Assembly: GCA_030141605.1 (NCBI GenBank)
Contig: JAQGDQ010000196.1
Coordinates: 310,001-374,000 of the forward strand
DNA length: 64,000 nt
Origin: Tubiluchus corallicola
Lineage: Eukaryota > Animalia > Priapulida
Reading direction: 5' to 3'
Shown here: positions 26,241 to 36,556 of the stretch, in pieces
How the letters are laid out: each line of letters opens with the position of its first letter
Numbering within the stretch: the first letter of the stretch is position 1
Program-made: the position numbers and the translations under genes
The notes under the pieces: model-generated
Databases searched by the model: none
What the model saw: the letters and a program-made list of their open reading frames with translations, nothing else
What the model was told of the DNA's origin: nothing

Positions 26241-27620
26241 TGTTAAATGTTATCTAGAATATAAATATTTTTTCTTAGCTATTAAGTTATGAAAATACTG
26301 AAATAAAACTTTTAACGAAACGCTGAATTTGCAACGTATCTGTACACTTAGAGGTCCTCAGCTTTATGAACGATCTTCATTATGTTAACGGTGTTAGCTT
26401 ATCTGGCTTTAACTATAATGCTGCAATGAAGTTGGGTCTTCACCGCCAGGGCGTCTGATTGGCCGCTCCTCTAGTTAGTTTGTTCCCTCGTATTTCGCAT
26501 GCCAAATGGTCAGGGTTCAAAGCTAGGGTGATGAAACTTTATACAAACAGACAGAGATTTGTAGAAATAATTCGCCTATGATCTTGTCTTGTGTACTTCA
26601 TGCAGGTTTGCCTTCGGAACAGGTGCCACGATAGTAAAGACACCTGTCCGTTTACTTCCTGAATCAAAGATACTGTTCCATATCGGCAGTTTTATACCTT
26701 GTATGCAAAACTGATATGGATACCATCAATGGATCGAAACATCACAATATAGTGGTAAGGGGTGAAAATAAATGGCGGTTTGCCATCCTTACAGTCCTAC
26801 GAAATCCTATATCTACTCCATAATCGAATTTATAAAAAAGATAATTATTAAATTCAGAATCAAGATGATGTACATACACTGTATATTTTTGTGTCACTAT
26901 TTAGGTGGACATTTTTTGTCTCTTGATCATTTTATTTTGATTCCCACTTTGTCTCTGACTATGCTGACAACTGGATCAGTTAAAGTTTGCTCTGTAAACA
27001 AAATTAAATACCATTGACATGGCTAGATATTATACTTTATCATTCATATTTGCTTCTGCTTCTGTTTGCAGAATATCACCTTTCTCTCTTACTCTTATTA
27101 TTAATCACCTATGTGCAGTATCTGGATAACTGGCACGGCAATAGAACTATAAAAGGGAGTTCTGGGAAAAAATTAAGTCAGGTTTATAGTCTTGATTTGT
27201 GGTCCTTGTGAAGCGAAGTCAAAAGCTCTCTTTGTTGATAGATCGTGCAGTAACAATAGGTCCTAGAATCTAGGCTTGTATGTACGGAACGGCATACATA
27301 CTTACTGTTAGGAAAGAACCAATATCTCAAAGACAGAACATGGTAACATGTAGCCTACATTTTAAGCATGATATGTAAGACTGCCATACTAACTCAGTGT
27401 GCCATTGGTAAATACATAAATGCATAGATATAGCCCAACTATCATCGCAGTATGTACAACTATTGCCTCGTACAATAATAGTACCCGTACAGGGGCAGTT
27501 ACAACAATGTTATAAAAAAGCACAGGCAGTTCCAAAACCTAATATACAACACAGCTATAAATATTGTAACACATCATCAGACGTCAGTCAGGTCTGAGGT
27601 AGCAAACAAGTTTCTTATCA

Positions 27621-27790
27621 CACTTCTGACACCAGTGTAGTGAAGAGGCGCTTCGTGTCAAATTATGTTGATGTGCGCAGCTCAGTTAGATCAAGACAGA
27701 AGAGAGATTTATTGTAAAATCCCTTGCCAGGCCCTTTGTTGCGTGTTCTTGGCGATGGTCTGAATCGTCAGATTTTTTAATTAAAACACA
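27621..27790 (-). mobile_element. LTR-like remnant with tRNA-Leu primer-binding site
   Basis: Minus strand reads ...ACAATAAATCTCTCTTC...CTTCACTACA-C-TGGTGTCAGAAGTGTGAT, the same PBS core as at 1286-1299. No gag follows, and the LTR 5' limit is uncertain. Confidence 0.5.
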
Positions 27791-27974
27791 TTTGCTGCTA
27801 GTCAAACGTTCAGGTGTCAGTTTGTTTTTGCATATACATGTAAATTATATTATCTGCTAGCACAGAGTCCAGTTCATGTATCAGGCATAAAGCTAAAATA
27901 GGCTAGATGCATTAAATAATCATGCTTTTTTTAGTTTTTCTGCATTCTTTAACGTTGGCCTTACCTATTTTCAG

Positions 27975-28144
27975 CTTTTACAGTGGTTGCCTTTAGTAAT
28001 GCGACCCAAGCAGTCAACTGGGCTTATCACGTCCGTTTCAATGGCGTCTCCAAGAAATTAAAATGGAGTGCGCCTGAGAGTGAGATGTCCGATGAGAACT
28101 TGTGTTTCTTTGCACAGTATAAAATCAACAGCACTTCATGGAAG
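27975..28144 (+). CDS. Orphan single-pass membrane protein, exon with signal-peptide end and FN3-like strands
   Basis: tttcag|(x)FTVVAFSNATQAVNWAYHVRFNGVSKKLKWSAPESEMSDENLCFFAQYKINSTSWK|gttggt (phase 1-0). The upstream start exon was not located. Confidence 0.65.
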
Positions 28145-28644
28145 GTTGGTTTCGCTATTAGTTATTCTTGCCATTCGATTTTTACGTGCAATCAAATAGA
28201 TAATTACTCCTTATTTCAATGATGTCTATTTGATTTAATACCAAAAAGGTGCTAGAAAGCACATTTTTGATGACTGTCATCAAAAGAAATGAATTAACAA
28301 AATCCTTCAACGGAAACTTACATTCGACTTTTAACTCTCATTCTGTTCTGTAATCCGAATGCAGAGAAAGTTGTTATTTAGCATGTCGTTTGATGTACAG
28401 TGCACAAGGTACATAGCTTTTCCAGTTCGGAATTTTTCTTTTAAATGAAGCCAATTCCTCTCTTGTCCTCCGTAAAGATTTTATAGTCCTACTCTGCCAG
28501 CCCATTCTGCATTGTAGTTCCTATTATTGCATTAAATAAAGTTGAACTCGAGTGACATCACATATTAATTATTTAGAAGCTCGACTGTCACATGTGCTCT
28601 CGGGTGTCCTTTATTATGAATACTACAAGTTTCAATTTTGCCAG

Positions 28645-28810
28645 GATTTACCTTGTGGCGATGGACGGATTTCGCACAGCGTCAGGTCTGCTCGTATCGG
28701 ATCATGTGAAGGTTATAGTTCAGATTTGACTTATGGTATGACAACTTGCTTATGCCAGAAGGATGAAATGCAGGATTACACTTGCCCTCCTGCGTCTGAA
28801 GCTATGACAG
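28645..28810 (+). CDS. Orphan membrane protein, Cys-rich ectodomain exon
   Basis: ttgccag|DLPCGDGRISHSVRSARIGSCEGYSSDLTYGMTTCLCQKDEMQDYTCPPASEAMT|gtagca (phase 0-1), consistent with both neighbouring exons. Confidence 0.7.
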
Positions 28811-28949
28811 GTAGCATTAATTACTGATCTCATAACTGGAACAACTAAAACTCCCTTTTCAACATTTAACATTTCACTGCCATTAGACCATTTTCCTACT
28901 CTGTGGAAAACCGCTAACGTCTGTCACCAACTCCAATCTTCTCAGTCTT

Positions 28950-29320
28950 GAAACTAGTCAAAATGAAGAACTAATCAAAATTAACAATTGGATGATAGCT
29001 AACAAACTAACAGTAAATTATAACAAGATCAAGTACATATTGATTACTAATAAACCTACTCGTCCTATTACAATCAAAATAAGCAATAATGTTCTTTATC
29101 AAACAAATAGAATCAAATATCTTGAACTACATATAGACGTTCACATGAAATAGAATACATACATAAAAACCATTGCGGATAAAGTTAATAAAAATTCTTG
29201 TACAATCAGCAGACTTACGTACTACACTGATACAAAAACCGTGAAGATGATATACTACTTTTATACATCCCTATTTGCTTTGGGATGGGGGAGAGCAAAA
29301 AATAATAGCCTGCAATAATA
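28950..29320 (+). mobile_element. CR1/L2-type LINE RT fragment in an intron
   Basis: NEELIKINNWMIANKLTVNYNKIKYILI...IKYLELHID...HIKTIADKVNK, typical of the region after YADD; contains a stop. Confidence 0.75.
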
Positions 29321-29486
29321 TATGTATAGACTGCGAGAGATCCAGGTTGGTTTTGATATGATTGTGATTAACGAAGAAAACCATGCGACATTTTTAGTTT
29401 TACGATACGTCACGATGTCGAGGTAAAAAAGCAAATAATGGACACCTATAGACGTAAAATTCTACGAAAAGTTTATTATATTTCAG

Positions 29487-29885
29487 TTTTGTTATGGGTT
29501 GATGTATTTATCTACGCATTGTTTGGAATACCTTGCGTCCTATTGGTGTTTGTACTAACGCCATATCTCATATGCTCAAAACGCAAAGACTGTAAGAATG
29601 AAGATGATGATGATGATGAAGACATTCCATTAGATGACAGCTCTTCAGTATCAAGTCTTGCAAATGGTGTTGTTAGTGAACAAAGGCAGGAAGTGCGGCA
29701 ATCCTTGAGTGCCGTGAACAATACAATAATTTCAAATGACGGTGTGTCTTTGGAGAACTTTGATACTCGAACAAGCTTCAGTTATGTCGCAACAGACGGC
29801 ACTATAGTATCACATGGGACTCGGCCACAGGAAAATAATAATTATGATTTAAGAAGCATTACGGAACCAATACGTCCCGAACAAG
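29487..29885 (+). CDS. Orphan membrane protein, transmembrane and cytoplasmic exon
   Basis: tttcag|(V)LLWVDVFIYALFGIPCVLLVFVLTPYLIC-SKRK (TM helix plus basic stop-transfer), an acidic DDDDDE tract, ...RPEQ|gtacaa (phase 1-1). Confidence 0.75.
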
Positions 29886-30770
29886 GTACAAATAATGTTT
29901 TCGTGGTTCTACGTAACACATATTTAGTTGCTTTACTTAGTGAAATATTTGAATTTTCAGCAAAATGTAAAATTGTAAAGAAAAACTAAATTCTTAAAGG
30001 GGAATAAAATGGAACTTTAAGGTATATCCCCCAAAAAACTTTCCACACAAAGTTACGTTACCCAGCCTTACGCTTACCTGTTTGAACGACTTATGTAATT
30101 GGATATTCATGTATCCCAGTCATCACCACTGACTCAACCAAAAAATGCATTGCTAATCTTACCAACGGCGTAAAGTAATTCATACTTTTGCTTAGTTAGC
30201 AAAGAGTGTGCTACGAATGCTCTAATTTTTTGAAACTTTACCCAATGTTATCTAAACTTGTTTCAAATGACTTGCAGTCAAAATGGCTGCGCCAAATGGT
30301 CATCGCCGGACTTTAAATTTACAAGTTTTATACAGCGTTACTGATAGCGCAAACTCCGCGTGTAGTAAGATATCACGTTAGTGATAAAAAATTTCAAGAC
30401 GAATTTTTAAGCTTTAATTCTCAAGAGGGTATTCTTGTCATTTGAAATGGGATTCAGGTTTTGTTATGTGATTTAACTTGTGAAGTGGTTTCTGATAAAC
30501 CCGTTTGTACTTCGTTAGTTTTTTTGTATTCTTCTCCCTTTCCTTTTTCATCTTTTCCCCGTTCCATACCTCTTTTCGTATTTTAACGCAAGTTTTTGTT
30601 GCTTTCTTTCTGTTTTCCTTCTTGTGCGTTTCTCGTCTTCTTCTGCGACGTTGCTATTTGCCCCTTTTCATTTTTCTCTTGTTTTTCATCTTTTTTGCTG
30701 TATTTCTTCTTCTTTTTTTTCAGTTTTTCACATTTTGTGTTTGTTTTTGGTTTCGATGTAAATCTTTGTT

Positions 30771-31015
30771 ATATTATATTATATTATATTATATTATATT
30801 ATATTATATTATATTATATTATATTATATTATATTATATTATATTATATTATATTATATTATATTATATTATATTATATTATATTATATTATATTATATT
30901 ATATTATATTATATTATATTATATTATATTATATTATATTATATTATATTATATTATATTATATTATATTATATTATATTATATTATATTATATTATATT
31001 ATATTATATTATATT
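30771..31015. repeat. (ATATT)n microsatellite, about 49 perfect copies
   Basis: Read directly; it explains the spurious ILYYI ORFs. Confidence 0.98.
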
Positions 31016-31075
31016 ATTTAATTTCTGATGCTGATGATGATTTTACGTTTTGCAATTTTTTGTCTTTTTTTATAG

Positions 31076-31149
31076 GAGCAGATGCAGCTCCACCTGCTTA
31101 TGAAGACTTATCACCTCCAGAGTACAATGCTGCTGTTAGACTTGAATGA
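31076..31149 (+). CDS. Orphan membrane protein, last exon with two PPxY motifs
   Basis: tttatag|(G)ADAAPPAYEDLSPPEYNAAVRLE-stop; phase 1 matches the previous donor. Confidence 0.75.
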
Positions 31150-34100
31150 CTGAGCGCTATAAATTTTCACTAAATTTGAGGTCTTGTATTTATTATATTT
31201 AAATATACGACGTTTCGGCTACATTCTGCAACCTTTTTCAAATGATTATTAAAAATGATCAAATTGCGCCCAATATTCTATTGTGCGTCTGTCCTATTTA
31301 GTATAGAAAATCTCTCAAATGGACACTATTATGCCTTCTGTACGCTGGTCGTCCCAGCACTTTCATTGTATATAAATTTTGTTTTTACAAAGTGCAAATG
31401 AGTAAACTAAAGCTAAACTAATTAAGTAAATAACAACTGTATAACGACATATTTAAATCTTAAAACATTGCGAGTGACAAAATATCTGCAATTTAGATTT
31501 TTTGGCGAGAACAACAGATTTTTTGCAATGCACTTTTGAACTTGAAAAGGTGTGGATCTTAAAACATTCCAAGCGACAAAATAGATCAGAACTGCATTGT
31601 ATTATTGAGCTACGATGTACTATTTATAGTCGTGAGTCAACAATCAACCGCCTCCCCGGGGCCTCTTGGTTTTTACCTACGTAGAATTTCTGATGCATCA
31701 CCCCCCACCATCACTCCGCACTGTGAATTAATTCCGCAAATAAGCTGCATTATTGCATTGTGTTGACGATCTAATGAAATTTACATAAATTTCAATGTAC
31801 GGTTTCACTTCTATTCACTGGGATAATTACTTTCGTGCGACGAATATTGCGTATTAACCAGGCGGCCATGTTTTTATATTTTTACAGTCCAGCAATAATC
31901 GGACACTGTACTTATTTTTGACGATTGGCGTGACCAGAATCTAGTTAAATATTATAGACACTTCTCTGAACCAGCACAGATCCTTTTAGCCGTATTTGGA
32001 AGTATCATGTGCACGTTTTCCCAATAAGGTAACAGTTGGTGCAGTATGGCAGACGAAACCGTCTAGAGGCAATTTTCCTGTTGGACGCCCATCCATTTAC
32101 TAATTAGGCCCAACATTGGTTAACTTTATACTAATGTCACAAATTTGACTCCACTGTTAGTATACTCACCCTCACCTTCCCACGCGTTTACATTTCTGAT
32201 TATTAACATTTACCATTCGCAAAAATCCCATGGTATTTGGTGAATTTTATGTTGCTTGCATACTTTATTTACTTTTTAGCTAAACGTTGTTTTTACAACA
32301 ACTAATAGACGCGCTTCTATTAGCATGCAATGTCTAAACCACAGCAAACTCAATTATATGTTAAATATAAAAGGCTTAAAAGCTGTGGTAGCTATATGCT
32401 TTTTTACTTAAATTTGAATTTAGTCTAACATTAAAACATCAGTGAAATTATTTTTCACTAGTTCTAAAAAATTATTGTAAGCTATTTTAAAAAGTTTGAC
32501 GCATTTTCTGAAAAAGATTCTTATTGTAAATGTTTCAAGACGTGCTAATTTGCAAATTATTACAGCAGGAAATGTGCACCTGATCATATGAAACAACCTT
32601 GATTGATCAACTGTTACTGTCAATCAATGCGCGAGCTTTTATCAGGACTGCTATAATAATGCAAAACATTCTTTAAATAAAATTTATATCATAATTATAC
32701 TCTTGGCAAAAAACAATTAGACAGAGAGCACATAGTGTGTAGTTGGCAAATTAAAGTAACTAAGACTCGGAAAACGAGTAAAATCATATAAAATAGTGAC
32801 GCAAACAACAGGTACAAATTGTAAATCTGTAGTGACTGTATACAATTAATAATTAGCAGTTATATTAATAGCGTTGGTGCTGCAGATTTTATCATTTTTA
32901 ATCTGTGATAATTTAGGCCGATCTTCCAATATGAGTTCCAATTAGAATGAGTTTATTTTGCATTTTTATACAGGTCTCTATAAGCTAAATAGAGTAAAAT
33001 AGAATAATATAGCACTATTTTATCTTTATGCAAAAATAAGTGAGATAAAATAATATTGATACTGAGGTTTTCGTTTAGATTTTAAAACATACATACGTAC
33101 TATATGTTCTATCTATTCATTTAAGGTGGCGAAATTAAAATCAACTTTGAGATTGAGAGACTTCTAATGCCAACTCCATGTTCGTTTAAACTGTCTTTTT
33201 GCAAAATTTTTATTGTTCTTGTGTCTTATTTCCCGATGCGCATCGTTTCCTTTTTTGTTGTCGGATTTCCTAAAAATTTGATAATACCGGTGTATTCCTA
33301 TGTGGGAATGTTAGGCATTGTAAATCGCAAAGAATCGCAAAGCCATATTTTGGAGAAATGAATTGATTGGCGTGAAATAGATTCAAATGTTATAATCACA
33401 GACATGCGTTAAAATAAACAATAAGAAAAGTTGAAAAAAGTAAGTGCATCACAAAAATTGTTAGTATCCCTATGATTTTAAGAACCGTGATGTATATAGA
33501 TGTACACAGATATACAGATGATATATAACGCAGTAGCTACAAAATAGAAAAGCAATAATGATTGTAAAAAAACATTAAAAAGGGTTCTTTGGGAGCGTTT
33601 TAAGAACTCGTTACCAACTTCTAAGATCAAAGTTAAAGGTAAAAAGTGATCTTATTCTTCTCAAATCTAATAATGAAATCTGTCACTGTTACAGTTCAAA
33701 ATATTGTACTTTTGCAGGGGAGTTTTGTGAAGAATCTTTAATCGTGCGTGACCTTGCAGAAGTAGCGATTAATTGTAGATAGTGTCCACGCAGCGGCTGA
33801 GACTTATGACCTTTTTCAATGACTTTTTTGTTTTCCATCATCTCTAGTGACTTAATAGCTGAATTCATTTTTGATGTGTGTTGCTTATAGCGTGTTGCAA
33901 GGGTTAAATAATTTCAGGGAAAAAGAAAGACGAATTCGAGTACAATAATAATTTAAACGTTAATAATTTACACTTATATCATGTTTATGATAGATGAAGA
34001 GAGGTTTTGTTGAAACTCTAGTAACGATCGTTAAAGTGCAATATCACTGTTTTACAGCTTGCTATAAAGTGTCGGTAGGAAATAATGGCTTGCTACAGGA

Positions 34101-34270
34101 TCTGTTCTTGCCAGATTGAGTGCAGAGAGGGTGAAAGACAGTAAGAGAAATAAAATGCTAATAGAAAAAAGAGCAAAACGAGCGAAAAACGGGGGTAAAA
34201 AAAGAATAATAAAAATAGAAAAAAGAAGTAATGAAAAAGATGAGATGGTGCGCATCCTGAGAAAGAAAGA

Positions 34271-34315
34271 AAGAGAGAAAGCGAGAGAGAGAGAGAAAGC
34301 GAGAGAGAGAGAGAA

Positions 34316-34373
<58 letters not shown>
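34271..34373. repeat. (GA)n microsatellite
   Basis: Read directly; it explains the RERERE ORF. Confidence 0.95.
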
Positions 34374-34640
34374 CGCGTGTGTGTGGGAGAGACAGAGGGA
34401 AAATAAGAGAGGAAGAGAAGCTTAAACGAACGAAAAAGTATGAATCGGAAGTGGTATCAATTTACTATGCATGAGTTCTGTTTCATATACGCCGTAGCAG
34501 CAACGGTATGTCATGCATTTTTAACATCATATAGGTTGCTTTATATTACTATCTCCTATAGTAATTAATAATGTACGAAATAGACGGTCAGTCTTGATTC
34601 GATCGTCAGCGTTGCAATTTAGGATAACAGAGAAACGCAA

Positions 34641-34979
34641 CAGCTTACCGGGCTTTCTACAGCTTACCTGACTTTGTACAGCTTACCCGGTTTTCACAGC
34701 TTACTCAGCTTTCTACAGATTACCTGACTTTCTGAAGATTACCAGCCTTTCTGCAACTTACCTGGCTTTCTGCAACTTGCCTGGTTTTCTACAGCTTACC
34801 CAGCTGTCGGCCACTTAGATGGCTTTCTACAGTTTACCTGCTCTCTACAGCTTACCCGGCTTTCTGCAACTTACATGGCTTTCTACAGTTTACCTGGCTT
34901 TCTACAGATTACCCGGTTTTCTGCAACTTACATGGCTTTCTACAGTTTACCTGCTTTCTACAGATTACCCGATTTTCTT
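34641..34979. repeat. 19-bp minisatellite, about 18 copies (consensus CAGCTTACCTGGCTTTCTA)
   Basis: Consecutive 18-19-nt units read directly. Confidence 0.9.
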
Positions 34980-36496
34980 TATTGTACATAAAACGCTTCT
35001 GCCTAGTCGTAAATACATGCCACAGTCAATGAAATGTTTAGTGCACTCTATTGGAATAGAAATTTGAGGAAACACTGGTTACGTGGATTTCAACATTTTG
35101 ATGACAAGTTATTGCGTTGCCTTCAAGTTCAATTTTTAACTTATTTCACGTTTTTGCGTCTTTCTGCCCATAAGTGTGGGCCACTAGGTTCAACAAATTA
35201 TGCGGTTAACAGTTCTAATTTACGTGTGCTTTATTTTTGTATACTACTTATACACAGAAAACGATATATCAGAGTCACAATTAACAAAATAATAAATTTC
35301 ACGAGAAATGATGTTGCAACAAGCTAAAAGTTTAAAAAGCCCGCCCAGTCTTACGACACTATGGGAATCCATCTTAGCAGTTATAGCTGAAGTTACAGTA
35401 TTGAGATACATAGTGGTACTAATGAGCTATCACCTTGCTCAAAGTCGTTGATTTCTGCATACCATGTAGCGTACCCGTATGCCAATGATTCTAACCCTGC
35501 AGGCCACGGCCTGTCAACCAGGACTTTTTCAATCTTAGCTTAATTTTATTCTGTGTAGGTTTGCAGTGTATGATGCGTTTTCTGATTTTGATTTTGAAGC
35601 ACTGGCTAATGCACGACGTCAATGAGTGTGGTTTCATTGAATTCCCAAAATCCTTTAAGGTGAAATGCACAATAAGTTTAAAAAGAATAAAAAAGTAAGA
35701 AAGAATAATAAAAACTTTTATAAAGTCATATTAAAGGTAAAACAGCTCAACCTTGCAGGTATAAACATGTAAGTGTCCCTAAAGGGTAAATACGAACTGA
35801 AGCTTTCCTTATAAAGGTCACATTGTCATTCAGTGATTAATCAATTGACTTAGTCTACAAAGCCAGTGGTCATTTTTCAATCGAATTTACGATGTGTCAC
35901 ACGACAGTTTATCTACAGTTCGCTTTCACATATTTTACATATTATCCTTTCTCAAACTACATGCTAATGATTTACATTCTATGTTTGAGTAATTACGGTA
36001 TCATGCATATTACATGGCTAGCGTTGTTGTGAGAGTATTTGCAGCGTGATGTGGTTTTTATTGACCGTGCTACTCTCTGTACCTTACGAGAGCTTGTGCA
36101 GCGATATGTCATTGCGCCTGATCTGCATATTTATACAAGCCGAAGCTGAGTGCATGATATGTGTTTAGAATATAATATTGCATGAAATTATGCTCTCAGA
36201 GAGATGGTAAACGTTGAAGTGGACATTTGCTATGATTTATAAGCTATGGGCAGAAAGTTGGACGAACGCCGTTTGCCATGCTATTAATTTCAAGAAGAAA
36301 GTTTTGTTTTCACATTTTAAAGAAATTCCAATTACGTTTAACTGCTGAAAGGCCGCAACGTATACATAATGTGACCAGTTAATTAAAATAAGTGATGAAA
36401 ATTCTGCTATCTATTCATTCCAGGCATACAATATGATATTAATATAAACGAGTGTTTAGGCAACAGGAATGGCAGAATGGTTACTATATGTGGTTG

Positions 36497-36556
36497 ATGA
36501 CCGAAGTTAAGCAACAATTGCCATAGTCAATAAATGGATGGGTTACCACCGGGAGC
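36497..36556 (+). mobile_element. 5S rRNA-derived fragment (SINE3-like head or 5S pseudogene piece)
   Basis: ACCGAAGTTAAGCAACAATTGCCATAGTCAATAAATGGATGGGTTACCACC aligns by eye with the 5S internal control region (GAAGCTAAGCAG...GGTTAGTACTTGGATGGGAGACCGCC), with box A and box C at the expected spacing. Not a full 5S gene. Confidence 0.6.

Noticed and set aside
26590-26800. Minus-strand CKDGKPPFIFTPYHYIVMFRS resembling a CUB-domain end, sharing GGGGTGAAAATAAATG with about 2817-2832
   Set aside because: Short match with an in-frame stop and no exon structure; may be chance.
30505-31021. 214-aa and 141-aa hydrophobic ORFs
   Set aside because: Artefacts of a pyrimidine tract plus (ATATT)n; only the last 24 codons of the longer ORF belong to a real exon.
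34641-34979. CRISPR-like array
   Set aside because: Contiguous degenerate units with no unique spacers, in a eukaryotic context; it is a minisatellite.
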